A DNA stretch of 64,000 bases. It comes from Octopus sinensis. Its lineage: Eukaryota. Position 1 is the first letter of the stretch, and every line of letters begins with the position of its first letter. The stretch is from the NCBI RefSeq assembly GCF_006345805.1, contig NC_042998.1, forward strand, positions 111,476,001 through 111,540,000. Direction: 5' to 3'. Shown here in pieces: positions 12,491-25,250 of the stretch. The notes below the pieces were generated by a model. The model was not told where the DNA came from. It ran no database searches and saw nothing but the letters and a program-made list of their open reading frames with translations. Made by a program: the position numbers and the translations under genes.

Positions 12491-13118
12491 TATCAGTATA
12501 ATAACACGGCTTGATTACTGCCTTGAAGTTTTTAAATAAATAAGCAATTCCTTTCGCATTTATTTAGTAAGATTTCTTTCACACGATGTTGGTATTAATG
12601 ACAATTCAGAGGAAAGTATTTATCACACGGAAGAATCAGTGAATAGACTCCTGTGCCACTCTAATTTAATTAAACGCCAGATATGTATGTAGCGTTTTCT
12701 GATGTATTTCGGCAAAGGATATAAACATCACCGATTTAAAAAAAAAAAAACAGCGAATTATGCCATCCGAAAGATATTTGCGATATTTTAGTTCCTTTTT
12801 ACCGTTGTCATTCAAAATCTTGTGAGCAGATTGCAAGCCTGTAACCAACGTCGCAGTTGTTCACCAACTGAAATATTAAATAACAAAATAAGGATACAGA
12901 TTACGTAGGAGTTCATTATATAGACTGCGATACTTCACGGGTCCTTTATTTTTATCAACATCGGAAGAATGATAGACAAAGCGGTGTATAAACGCAAGCC
13001 TTAAAATAAATATAACCTTATGCTACAAGTCTTTTCTTCATCCTCCGAGTCTTATATTTATCCCCCGCACCATAGAAATAAGAGTGATGATGATGATAAT
13101 AATAATAATAATGGATGG

Positions 13119-13335
13119 GCAGGATGGGCTACTCGACCAGAAGAAAATTCTAACTGGGCCCTACCTGCAAGGTCATGCGCTGTTTATCTTGATATGAAAT
13201 CACCATGTCGCGCACATATGGTTGTGATGCATGTGCCTGGTGTACCCATATCAGATGGGTAGTCATGAGGAGTATAATGGGCTTCGTATATTTTAGCCCA
13301 GTATCACTTCGATGGCATGCACTGCTATCTCACTC
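13119..13335 (+). mobile_element. TAA-associated element, 5'-truncated copy 2
   Basis: Matches positions ~340-558; (AAT)n on both sides. Confidence 0.9.
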
Positions 13336-13401
13336 AATAATAATAATAATAATGATGATGATGTTAATAATAATAATGATAGTAGTAGTAGTAGTAGTAG
13401 T

Positions 13402-13434
<33 letters not shown>

Positions 13435-13477
13435 TGGTGGTGGTGGTGGTGGTGGTGGTGGTGGTGGTGGTGGTGTG

Positions 13478-13509
<32 letters not shown>

Positions 13510-13525
13510 TAGTAGTAGTAGTAAT
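13336..13525. repeat. Compound (AAT)/(GAT)/(AGT)/(GGT) trinucleotide tract
   Basis: Read directly. Confidence 0.95.
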
Positions 13526-13526
13526 A

Positions 13527-13743
13527 GATTCAAAATTTGCCCAAGCCCAGCAAGTTCGGTAGAGCGAGTAAGTCGATTATGTGTACCAGTGTTCAACTGA
13601 TATTTATTTTATCGATCCCGAAAGGATAATAGACAAGGTCGATCTCTAGCCCCTTGTGGGTAATAAAGAAATTGGTATTTGAACTCAGAACGTAAATACG
13701 GACGAAATGCCACCACGGCGTGCAAACAATTCTGCTGGCTCGC
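13527..13743 (-). mobile_element. SINE family B, diverged
   Basis: Contains reverse complement of core ATCCTTTCGGGATCGATAAA and head TTCTGAGTTCAAAT. Confidence 0.75.
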
Positions 13744-13797
13744 ATCATCATCATCATCATCATCATCATTATTATTATTATTATTATTATTATCATT

Positions 13798-14234
13798 AAG
13801 AGAGAGAGCAATGTATGCTTATCAAAGTGACACTAGGATAAAATATACGAAGTCCAGTATACCAATCATGACTACCTGTCTGATAAGGATACACTAGGCA
13901 CATGCATCACAATCATATGTGCGTCACATGGTGATCTCATATCAAGATACAAAGCGCATGACCTTGCAGGTGGGGCCCAGTTAGAAGTTTCTACAGGTCG
14001 AGTAGACCATCCCGCTCAAAAGGTCTCTGAATATGGGTTGTTTAAGGATGTTGAACGAAATAGTTATGTTTCCAGAGGTGAATTATCCAGACCCCAAAGA
14101 ATTTCCCTCTACACATGGTTATGATGCTCCCCCACTACTGCTCGTGATCAGAGATGCACATATCATCAGCCACTAAAGGACGTGGTCAACTGGTTAAGGT
14201 CAAACCACTAACAAGCAAATCTGTGGTATTGAGC
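13798..14234 (-). mobile_element. TAA-associated element, 5'-truncated copy 3
   Basis: Reverse complement matches positions ~120-558; flanked by (TTA)n on both sides. Confidence 0.9.
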
Positions 14235-14249
14235 AATTATTATTATTTC

Positions 14250-14410
14250 ATCCGTCTTCCCGTTCTGAGCTCAAATTCCGCCGAGGTCGACTTTGCCTTT
14301 TATTTTTTCGGAGTCGATAAATTAAGTACCAGTGAAACACTGGGGTCGAACTTATCGACTATCCCCTTGCCCCAGAATTTCATGTCTTGTGTCTATTTTA
14401 AAAAGGATTA
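14250..14410 (+). mobile_element. SINE family B, 5'-truncated, with (TAA)n tail
   Basis: TTCTGAGCTCAAATTCCGCCGAGGTCGACTTTGCC...GTCGATAAATTAAGTACC core. Confidence 0.85.
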
Positions 14411-14484
14411 TAATAATAATAATAATAATAATAATATTTATTATTATTATTATTGTTATTATTATTATTATTATTAATATTATT

Positions 14485-14538
<54 letters not shown>

Positions 14539-14903
14539 CTCGTGGTAGATTTAGAGAAATAATGATTTTAAAATATCAGATTATAAATAATTATACAACA
14601 TGACTCAGGTGATAAATGACTTTATATCTTAATTTAGTATATCGTGTGAAATTTATTGAATTTAATGAATAGTCTCCTGTTATTATATACAGCTGGCTGT
14701 ACGTGTGTCTGTCTACCACTTTGTATGGGGAAGGTGGGACGTGCGTCTGAGTGCATTCGTGCGAATGTGTATTTAAGTATATGCGTGTGAATAACGTCTA
14801 AAAATGAATCATCGTTGATTTATGTGCGGCGGTAGTGGCAGAGACCGACCGGCAAATTATAGAACGGAAAATATATACCTTTCTTTTATATACAGAAAAA
14901 ATA

Positions 14904-16140
14904 TTAGGTTGTCAAGAAAGTTCTTGCGGTTTTTAATCTTTAAATTCAGATGCACATGTCTCGGCTCAAACAAAACTTTATTAATTGAACTAAACACCAT
15001 CAGAATCAACACACTTTTGCCAACGCGAAACAAGTTTATTTATGCTGGTAGCGTAAAAATGCTGCGTTCTGGTGGCGATGAAGTCGTTGAAGGTGTGTTT
15101 GGTATCGTCTTGGTTTTTTGAAGCATTTCTCTCGCAGGAAGTTGTCGAGATGCTTGAAAAAGTGGTAGTCGGTGGGCGACAGGTCTGGTAAATATGGCAG
15201 ATGAGGCAGTTTCGTAGCCCAATTCGTTCAACTTCTGCAGGGTCAGTTGCGCGACGTGCAGGCCAGAGTCGTCGTGGATAAGAATTGGTCCAATGCTGGC
15301 TGTTGTTGTCGGAGTTTCGTATGCATTTCATCCATTTGCTAACGGTACATCTCCGCCGTAATGATTTCCCCTGGATCCAAAAATCTGTGATGGCTAAGAC
15401 TGGCCGCAGACCGCCAAACAGTCACCATGACTTTCTTTTGGTGCAACTTTGGCTTCGAGAAGTGCCGTGGAGCTTCGTCGGCGTCCAATCACTGAGCTGA
15501 GCGTCGTCGGTTGTCATAAAGATTCCACTTTTCATCGCAAGTCACAATTCGGTCGAGAAACGGGTCGTTCTTGTTGCGTAAAAGAAGGGAAAACGGCCAT
15601 TTTTTTTTTGTCGTTCAATTCGTACGGCACCCATTTTTCAAGGACTTTTGTTTTTCCAATTTCGTATACATTACGTCTAATTCAGAAGCAAGCTCTCGAA
15701 CAGTTGTGCGTGGATTGGCTTCGAATAAGGCTCTTAGTTGATCGTTGTCAACAACCGATGGCCGACCACTACGCTTATCATCTTCAAGACTCTCGTCACC
15801 GCTATGAAATTTCTTGAACCACCATTGTGCTGTACGTTCATTATCGGTTCCTGGGCCAGACGCATCGTTGATATCGCAAGCTGTTTCAGCAGCTTTTCGG
15901 CGTAGCTTGAACAGGAATAAGAAAATTGTGCGAATTTGCTTTTTGTCCATTCTGCATTCAACGTTCAAGAAAAATGGCCTAATTATTCAAACAGAAAAGG
16001 AGTAACACGATTAGGTAGAGTGGCGAAACATGGGCTTAATATGATACATAAGATCAAAATAATTTAACGAAAATTAATTTGAAAATACATAATTTAAAAC
16101 CAAAATTTAAAATTCCGCAAGAACTTTCTTGACAACCTAA
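14904..16140 (-). mobile_element. Mariner DNA transposon (cecropia/Hsmar1-like), both TIRs, disrupted transposase
   Basis: TIR TTAGGTTGTCAAGAAAGTTCTTGCGG at both ends with TA target duplication. Transposase pieces MDKKQIRTIFLF...WWFKKF...RSGRP, CDEKW, DLSPTDYHFFKHLDNFL, KLVSRWQKCVD. Confidence 0.96.
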
Positions 16141-16474
16141 TACATAAAATCAATGAAAATTATCATGTTCCGAAATATAGACCCGTATTGGATATATGCA
16201 ACGATAACAAGCCAGCTTTCTGTCCCCTAAAGTGTAACTTTCAACCTGTAACTTTCAACAGATCATTCACCTGTTAAGTGACGATACCAAAAATATGAAA
16301 TATCTAATCAAACGAGTCTGACTTGGGTTTAGGCAAAAACAACAAAAGATTAAGGTAATACAGTAGATACTAAAACAATGCAACATCTTGGCTCAACATA
16401 TTTGTAACGTAAATACCACGTCGCTGCATGGATTTCCGTAGCTTATCAGAGAACCATTCCTCTACTGGATTGGT

Positions 16475-16710
16475 GAATAAAGGAATTTGACAAAGTAAGT
16501 AAATATAAGGATCTGAAAATTGAAATGCAAAAGATATGACATCTTAAAGCGAGAACTGTTATTGTTATTGTAGTTGCCCTAAGTATGATTAAAAAGGAGA
16601 TATTAGAAACAGCTAGATAAGATCCCAGGAGAACCATATCTCAGAGCAATCCAAAAGATTGTACTAACAAGTACTACCCAAATCCTTAGAAAATCACTAT
16701 CCATTTAAAT
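16475..16710 (+). mobile_element. Dong/R4-type RLE C-terminal fragment
   Basis: KVSKYKDLKIEMQK...IQKIVLTSTTQILRKSLSI*. Confidence 0.75.
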
Positions 16711-16744
16711 GTCTGAGCTTATATTACATGAAGATATACATATA

Positions 16745-17168
16745 GCGAAGTTGGAAGAGATATGCAATAATATACACCAGGAAGAACATGGAAGGGACTG
16801 TGCCAAATTTTGGCATTGAAATCTACATAAATGCCAGAATGGGTCTCCACTGCACAGTGCCAAAGATTCCAACAATGCCGTCGCGCTTTATGTTCCAAGC
16901 GCCCACAGCATTTTAATATTCTCCCACAGAGCCTGAGAGACTTAAACAAAGTGGAAGTAGATGTTTCCAAAGCAAAACTGAATTTATTTTTTCCTGTCGA
17001 GAGCCCCAGATAAACCTACCTCGCGGCATGTGGTGCAAATAAGGGCAGCGACAACAAACTTCTTTTTTCCCGAAATGCCATATATTAGAGGAGGCTCTCA
17101 ATAATAACATTTATTTCAAAACGGCGGTGCCCCAACAGGGCCACAGCTTTGAGCTGAAGCTGATTAAT
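16745..17168 (+). mobile_element. 3' fragment of the CR1-group LINE
   Basis: Homologous to 2800-3190 (-): VPNFGIEIYINARMGLHCTVPKIPTMPSR; ends CGGCGGTGCCCCAACAGGGCCACAGCTTTGAGCTGAA. Confidence 0.85.
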
Positions 17169-17182
17169 ATATATATATGTAC

Positions 17183-17905
17183 ATGAGGATAAGTCATAAA
17201 TTACATACACTCATGTTGTTTCGGTAATTTATTAAAACAAAAGCAAGGGTTGAACTGTATCATTTTTCACCTTGTTTTTCGATGCAATTCTGTCAGCAGC
17301 CTACAAGATGATTTTCAGCTGGTCACACAGGCATTCATGCACCGCTTTCTGCACTCCTTCGTCCGTTGCAAATCAACGATCTCATAAAGGATGTCTGAGA
17401 TATCCAAATGGTGATAGTTGGAAGGTATAAGATTGGCACTCTAGGCAAGACGTTCCAGCAACTCAAAACATAATTTTTTCAGTGGTTTCGACTGTGTGAA
17501 CGGCAGCAAGTGTGCGTGCATTGTCATGCAACAATAAGACTTGCTTTGATAATAGATCTCGACGTTTGGTGCAGATTTCTGGTTTCATTTTGTTGGTTAG
17601 CATTTCATCGTGACTGTAGATTCATTTTTCAGGTAATGTTCCAGTATAGGCCCTTTTGTATCCCACTTTTTCACTCAAAAAGAAAATAACCGTTTAAAAT
17701 CCCTTTTTTCTGCAGACGGTTGCGTGTTGAATTACTTTTTCACTGACGATTCCGGCTGTTTCCACTCCATACTCTGCTTTTTGGATTCTGGCTCAAAGTG
17801 ATGGATCTAGGTCTTATCTCATGTGACTATTCTCTCCAAAAACAAAAGCTCGTCGTTATATCGGTCAAGTAGCCGTTGACAGATCTCCAAACGATTGCAT
17901 CATGC
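17183..17905 (-). mobile_element. Mariner transposase 3' fragment (irritans-like)
   Basis: Minus strand: LEICQRLLDRY...LERIVT*DKT*IHHFEPESKKQSMEWK. Confidence 0.8.
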
Positions 17906-18234
17906 AAATACTACTACTGTTCCTTAAATGCATGCTACTATAAGGCTTGAACGTGCACACACAAAGTATTAGTAGCTCTAAAGATATTCCTGCACTCATG
18001 GGGTTGCTGTTAATCATGGTTGATCGTGCATCAACATCTGTATGCGCACACCTGAGCATGGATAATTGCCCATGCATCAAATTTCCATTGCAGGTGTTTC
18101 CATGGGAAAGGCTATTGGTTCAGGATTCAAATAATACGGCATTAGTGTTGTCTGTGGTATTACTCTCTGAAAGAAAAGGGTAGGAAAAGTTCCTCTAAAC
18201 TTCTCGTCCGACTCTCTAACAGTTCAAGAAATCT

Positions 18235-18385
18235 ACCGCCTTGCATTATTCCTTATATATATCAACACCGAAAGGATGAAAGGTAAAGTTGACTTTCACA
18301 AGATTTGAACTCAGAGAGCAAATTCGATGAAAATATACTGGTGCATACTACTAACGTTCTAAAACTCTATCGACCTGCCGCCTTA
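18235..18385 (-). mobile_element. SINE family B, diverged
   Basis: CCGAAAGGATGAAAGGTAAAGTTGAC...TTTGAACTCAGA...CTGCCGCC. Confidence 0.7.
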
Positions 18386-19527
18386 TTATGCTTACTTTAA
18401 GTTAATTATATGCTGTTTCAATATACAGTTCTCTTTTAATTATTTATCGGTTCCACCTATATGACTGTGATCATGCTGGGATACTATAGTCAGTGAATAG
18501 TAGATATATATTTCAGATATGACAAATATAATTTATAAACTTAACTAACAGGATGGAATCATTCTTCTAAAGGACATAGACATTAAAACGTTATTCTCTC
18601 ATTTGTGTGTTCGTTCGTTTGAATGTAAAAGCAGTAGATGAAGTGAAGAAGAAAATGGAACTTGTATGGGAGGAAACCAGACGAGTAATTCTATAGAAAA
18701 ACATGTTGTTGCATTGCAGGTATGCAAAGGTGTAGCATAAATGGACATAATAACGTATAGAAATTGAAGCAAAACTGTTTGTTTGTGTGCAGATGTCTGT
18801 ATGTGAATGTGCAAGCGGGTGTTTGTGTGCTTGCGTATTTGTGTGTGAGTTCCAGTCAGTTAAGCTTTTATCAATTGCAGGGCTGTATTTGAACTGGCTG
18901 GTTAATTTCATACTATTTGCTTTATATATCGAAAGACTATATGCATAAACACGCATTGCACAAATACATAAGCGCACAAGCAGAAGTGCACATATACATG
19001 AATATAAATATATTATATACAAATATTATAAAATCTAGATAATAAAATGTGCATAAATACATAGACACACATAGATATTAATTCACACACACACATATAC
19101 ACACACACACACTCACACACTAACACACACAAATTCACTAGAGCAGAATTGCAGAATAAAACAGGAGATTCGGTTAAACTCTTTATCATAACATTGTGTA
19201 TGTGTGTGTATACATAATACATATATACATACATAGGTACGTACGTACGTACATTCATACATGCAAACATATAAACGCACACACATATACATGTTATTTA
19301 TTATTTCCTTAAAACATGGCCTGATGTTACTAAACTCTTCTCCTCAAAAGATACAAGTAAATATGTGGACCTTATATAAATTGTATAGGGAGAACCGTTT
19401 AGTGGAATGGAGTTGGTTGTAATAAAAATAATAACGATGATTTCAAATTTTGTCACAAAGCCAGCAATTTGGAGAGAGGGAAGTCGATAACATTGACCCA
19501 GTGTTCAAAAGGTATTTATTTTAGCGT

Positions 19528-19660
19528 AGGAGTGGATGTGTGGTAAGTAGCTTGCTTACCAGCCACATGGTTCCGGGTCAGTCCCACTGCGTGGCACCTT
19601 GGGCAAATGTCTTCTACTATAGCCTCGCGCCGACCAAAACCTTGTGAGTGGACTTGGTAG
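19528..19660 (+). mobile_element. SINE family A head only
   Basis: Matches 7342-7475, then runs directly into (GAA)n. Confidence 0.88.
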
Positions 19661-19899
19661 AAGAAGAAGAAGAAGAAGAAGAAGAAGAAGAAGAAGAAGA
19701 AGAAGAAGAAGAAGAAGAAGAAGAAGAAGAAGAAGAAGAAGAAGAAGAAGAAGAGAAGAAGAAGAAGAAGAAGAAGAAAAGAAGAAGAAGAGAAGAAGAA
19801 GAAGAAGAAGAAGAAGAAGAAGAAGAAGAAGAAGAAGAAGAAGAAGAAGAAGAAGAAGAAGAAGAAGAAGAAGAAGAAGAAGAAGAAGAAGAAGAAGAG
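19660..19899. repeat. ~240-bp (GAA)n polypurine tract
   Basis: Read directly. Confidence 0.98.
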
Positions 19900-20574
19900 T
19901 AGCGGTAGTGTAGCCTTAGCGACATCGCAGCCTTAGTGACTGGACGTATTCTTCGCTGCTCTGAGCAAAGACAAAGAAACATTAATACAACCCAGCAGAG
20001 CAACTAAAAAACAAGCTAGAATATCTACAATTTCTTGTCAGTATATAAAATTTCCTTTAAAACAAGTTGAAAATATTTATAATTTCTTGTGAATATTTTT
20101 AATTTCCTTCAAAACAAGTTGAAAATTTTGCATATCCACAATTTTCTCTGGCCGAACACACAAATAATCATTTTTAAAAACTTTGAAAATTTGATACCTA
20201 CAACTTTCTGTGAATGCCTGTCCTTTCCTGAATATTCGAAAATGTGAACATCCTTTTAGTACAAGAACACTACAGGTTCCTCTGGCTGAATACAAAAACG
20301 ATCATCATTAGAAAATTTTAAAAAAAAACTTTAATAACTACAATTGTTTGTGAAAATTTCCTACGCTCTTCCACAGAAAGGAACACAGAAAGAAACGAGG
20401 AGAGAAAGTGCGTGGGTGATGAGAGGAGACAGGATCATCTGATGCGACTATATATATATATACACGCACGCAATATTTTATAATTATGAGTATAATTATA
20501 ATTAGCAAAAATTTGCTTTACCACGTACCGAACGTTAGAAATAGCAACCAAAGAACCTTAGTTATTTCTTCGCT

Positions 20575-21119
20575 GAAAAGGAGTACCTCATAAGACATGG
20601 TACAGGCACCAACCATCCAGAGGATGTAGTAAATGGCGAGGGCGTCAGCATTCTTTGGAACTTCCCAATACAAACAGATAGAAAAATTGACTCCAATTGA
20701 TCAGACATTGTGATCAAGGACTACAACAGAGGAACTTGTCTGCTAATAGATATGTCTCTCCTACAAGATCAAAATTCTTAAGAAAGGAATACAAAAAAAC
20801 TGCAAATTGAAATCACAAAAATGTGTATGCTTAGTACTAGGATAATACCAGTAGTAATTAGTGCGTTGGGGATTATAAAGAAGGGAGCTAAGAAGTATAT
20901 TAAGCAACTCCCTGGTTACTCCAATCTCCGTGAACTACAAAAGATAACTTTGATGAGTACAACCCATATACTACGGGAAGCACTCTCCATCTAAAATGGA
21001 ATAAATGGTAATAATTTTAGCATGCATAGCAAAACAAAAGTGCCCTTGCTACTCTTGGCCTCCGGAGGATGCCCGGTACTAAGGCAGCTGAAATAAAGTT
21101 ATAATGAAAGGAAACCATA

Positions 21120-21120
<1 letters not shown>
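20575..21120 (+). mobile_element. 5'-truncated Dong/R4-type RLE element with 3' UTR
   Basis: ILWNFPIQTDRKIDSN*SDIVIKD...CLLIDMS; IPVVISALG; LQKITLMSTTHILREALSI*; followed by a long (TAA)n. Confidence 0.88.
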
Positions 21121-21196
<76 letters not shown>

Positions 21197-21221
21197 TAAT
21201 AATAGTAATAATAATAATATA

Positions 21222-21303
<82 letters not shown>
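21118..21303. repeat. (TAA)n microsatellite
   Basis: Read directly. Confidence 0.98.
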
Positions 21304-21305
<2 letters not shown>

Positions 21306-21646
21306 GCCTTGGTGCAATACGAGACAGTAGCTCTCATGGCTTCTGGTCTTAACTGATTAGAAGTGTTACCATGTACATATTTTGTTTTAGTGCAAAAGAT
21401 GGGCTTCAGCAAATATTCTGCTCAATAACACAAATTTGCTTGACAGTTGCTTGACCAGCTGATCATGTCCTTTAGTGGTGGATATGGACGTCTCTGATTA
21501 CGAGTAGAAGTAGTGGGAGAGCATCATAGCTATGCGCTGAGAGGGATTCTTTGGGATTTTCTTAATTTGCCACTGGAAGCAATGGTATTTCGTTAATTAT
21601 CCTAAAATAACACCTTATTCAGGGACCTCTTGAGCAGGACGGGCTA
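21301..21646 (+). mobile_element. TAA-associated element, older diverged copy 4 (5' part)
   Basis: Starts TAAATGCCTTGGTGCAATAC, equivalent to window position 1; many substitutions relative to copy 1. Confidence 0.88.
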
Positions 21647-21685
21647 AAGATGGGCTACAGCAAATAAAGATGGGCTACAGCAATA

Positions 21686-22148
21686 AAAGATGGGCTACAG
21701 CAAATATTCTGCTCAATACCACAGATTTGCTTGTCAGTTGTTTGACCTTAATCAGTTGAGCATGTCCCTTAGTGGCTGACGATATGTGCATCTCTGATCA
21801 CGAGCAGAAGTAGTGGGGGAGCATCATAGCCATGTGTTGAGAGGGATTCTTTGGGGTTTGAATAGTTCACCTCTGGAAACATGGGTGGTTCTTTCAACAT
21901 CCTTAAACAACCCTTATTCAGGGACCGTTTGAGCGGGATGGGCTACTCAACCTGAGAAAATTCTAACTGGGCCCCACCTGCAAGGTCATGTGCTGTTTAT
22001 CTTGATATGAGATCACCATGTCGCGCACATATGGTTGTGATGCATGTGCCTGGTGTACCTTTATCAGACGGGTAGTCATGATGGGTATATTGGGCTTCGT
22101 ATATTTTACCCCAGTGTCACTTTGATGGCATGAACTGCTCTCTCACTC
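21686..22148 (+). mobile_element. TAA-associated element, young copy 5
   Basis: Only a handful of differences from positions 95-558; (TAA)n tail. Confidence 0.93.
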
Positions 22149-22149
22149 A

Positions 22150-22180
<31 letters not shown>

Positions 22181-22319
22181 TATAATAAAATGTTGGTACA
22201 AGACCAGCTATATTGTGGAAGGGGTAAGTCTATTACATTGAGCCCAATGTTTCACTGGCACTTTATTTCATCGAAAGCATTTTGTCCGACGTGCTAACGG
22301 CTCTGCCAGCTGAAGGCTT

Positions 22320-22724
22320 TTGTGTAGGAAACAATAATAAAATAGGGATGTGGATAGAGATCAGGTGAAGTTTGCAGGTGAGATGTCGAAAAAAATTAGA
22401 AATTAAACTAAAAATATTAAAAAACCAGAGATGATTTTTAAAATGAGAATATCTGAAATAAATTCGACTGCTCTCACAAATGAGAATACTAATAATGAAA
22501 CCGATCGCCCTCAAAAATTGAGTAAAAAAAAAAGGAAAAATAATCCAGAATCCTTGTCCGGTACCGGATCGATCCCAAAATCTAACCAGTTCGTGTCAGT
22601 CACGAAGCCAAACATCCCTGAAATTTTCATCCGAATCCATCCAGCGGTTCTTGAGATATCTTGTCCACGAACAAACAAACACGACTGAAAACAATACCTC
22701 TGCTTTCACTAAGGCGGAGGTAAT
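22320..22724 (+). mobile_element. Non-autonomous Helentron/HINE-like element
   Basis: AAATTTTCATCCGAATCC...GAGATATC motif, short (ACAA)n and terminal hairpin TACCTCTGC..GCGGAGGTA. 5' limit approximate. Confidence 0.55.
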
Positions 22725-23222
22725 AAGGAATTGAAATAAAATGATCTCTACATAGGGAGCTGGATGGCTGGGTTAAAATAAATAGCAAAAATTAAATGCT
22801 GGAAGGTATTTCAAATATAATTGATAAAATAGTGTTGTATGTTGGTCTACATGTTATAAAGTATTACATATAGGTGTGGAAATATCTGCCTAGAACGTAA
22901 TTTATGAAGAAGGAATTCGTATTTAATGTTATCATTTTATCTTTTATCCACTAGCATTATAATTATTACTAGAAGTTTAGTTACTATCATATTTATTAGT
23001 ATTATGATTATCATCGTATCTATCCCCACTGTTTCTTCGTCCATCTTATTTATGTAATTTCTGTACACATAGAGCAAGCATCCACACATTTAGAAGTCTT
23101 CTCTGATTAGAGATACATGCCTGCGCTGTAAGAAGACATCAAGCGTTAAGTATCCTTACCGTCTCTATATCATTGAGTTATGGCGAATTTTGACACCTGA
23201 TAAAATGCGGGAGAGCATGTGT

Positions 23223-23277
<55 letters not shown>

Positions 23278-23416
23278 GTGTGTGTGTGTGTGTGTGTAAT
23301 TTGACCAACCGGAAACAAAATCACTTGCACTTATAAGTTTCATCAAATTTAAATGAGCTTGAATACTCGGTCAGATAGGATTTATGATACATATGCCAGT
23401 GTACAGACAAACAGAC

Positions 23417-23533
<117 letters not shown>

Positions 23534-23537
23534 TAAA

Positions 23538-23832
23538 CTGGTACTCCGTTACGATGACGAGGATTCCAGTTGATTCGATCAACAGAACAGGTTGCACGTG
23601 AAATTTACGTGCAAGTGACTGAGTACTCTACAGACACGGTACCCTTTACTTCGTCTCAGCTTTATCGCAGGCTGGACCGTTGAAATACGGTATTACTCTT
23701 TATTTTCAGCTGAGTGGACTGAAGCAACGTGAAATAAAGTGCTTTGCTCAAGGACACAACACATCGCAAAGAATCGAATCCAAGCCTTACGATCTTGAGC
23801 TGAATACCGTAACCACTTAGCCACGCACCTTC
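23538..23832 (-). mobile_element. SINE family C
   Basis: Head GCGTGGCTAAGTGGTT...ATTCGATT, GTTGTGTCCTTGAGCAAAGCACTT; tail shared with 25060-25200, 37910-38090 and 46620-46740. Confidence 0.85.
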
Positions 23833-23850
23833 ACTAGTATTGTAATTATA

Positions 23851-24889
23851 TCGGGTCATCCCATAAATAATGCGGTTTTTTCAATTGCATGAATTAAAAT
23901 TAGGAAAGGACCGGAATAAACTACCTGCATCAACTTGCTATAAAAGCAGGTAGTAATTTTACCTTTTTACTTATTCTTAGTGAAAATTTTCAAGAGCACG
24001 GTCCGATTTTAACAGTTATTTTTTTCCAAGATATAATGGAAGTGACAAAGGGGCATATTCGGCATATTTTGCATTATGAGTTCAATAAAGGCAACAACGC
24101 AACGGAATGTGCGAAGAATATTAATGCAGCATATGGGGATCGGACAATAAGCGAAAGCCAGTGTCGATGGTGGTTCTAGAAATTCCGAGCTAGAAACTAC
24201 AGTGTAAAAAACAAGCCTCGTCCTGGAAGATCTGCAGAGCTCGACAAGGGCGTCCTGCAAACCCTGGTGGAACAAAATCCCATCGTAACTGTTGAGGAAC
24301 TAGCAGAGAAGCTTGGATTTGGTCATTCAATCATTCTTCGACACCTGCGTGTAATCGGAAAAATCAGCAAATAGGATCAATGGACCCTCACAAACTTTCC
24401 GAGTCTAATCGCGCGCACAAAATGAATGTGTGCTCTCCTTTGCTGTCATGTCACACGAATGAATCTTTTTGGACAAAACAGAGACAGGTGATGAGAAATG
24501 GGTTCCCTATAAAAATGTCAAGCGCCGAAGACATTGTGTAGGAAAAGGAGAAACATCGGTACCTCGGGCTAAAGAAAGTCTTCACCCACTTAAGTTGTTG
24601 CAATCTGTTTGGTGGGATATGAAAGGTTTAGTTCACTTTGAACTTTTAAACCCAAACCAAACGATAACACAGATCTACTGAAAGTAGCTCGAGCGACTTA
24701 AGTAAGCGCTAGAAGAAAAACGAAGATCTTTGTTTTCAAGGCGAAAGGTGTTCTTCCATCAGAAAAATGGAAGGGTATTGTAGAAAATGGAGGAGGATAT
24801 ATTTTAGATTAAAAAAGAAATCTGTTTATCTTGATTTTCAAAAATAAAAGAAGTATTAAAAAAACCGCATTATTTATGGGATGATACAA
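23851..24889 (+). mobile_element. Mariner DNA transposon with internal deletion
   Basis: TIR (TCGGG)TCATCCCATAAATAATGCGGTTTTTT at both ends, TA flanks. MEVTKGHIRHILHYEFNKG..., TGDEKWV, HPLKLLQSVWWDMKGLVHFELL; third catalytic Asp region deleted. Confidence 0.93.
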
Positions 24890-24954
24890 TACAAGAAATA
24901 TAGTTCCTTCGTCCATTTTATGTTAGTATTATGATTATCATATATATATATATC

Positions 24955-25200
24955 AGGATTTCGATTGCCGGCGGCGCGTTGTGTCCATGAGTAAGACACT
25001 GTGTTTCACGTTGGTCCAGGCCATTCAGCTGGCAGTATTTCAAACGGCTCGCCTTGTCAGAATCTGTATCACTGAGATCTACGTTAAGGGTACACGTGTC
25101 TGTGGGGTGCTCAGCCACTTGCACGTAAACCTCATGAGCAAGCTGTTTCGTTGATCGGATCAGTTGGAACCTTTGTCATCGCAACCGCTGGAGTGCCAGC
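24955..25200 (+). mobile_element. SINE family C, 5'-truncated
   Basis: GTTGTGTCCATGAGTAAGACAC core and tail CTACGTTAAGGGTACACGTGTCTGTGG...GGAGTGCC. Confidence 0.85.
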
Positions 25201-25217
25201 TGTTGTATGTATGTATG

Positions 25218-25242
<25 letters not shown>

Positions 25243-25250
<8 letters not shown>

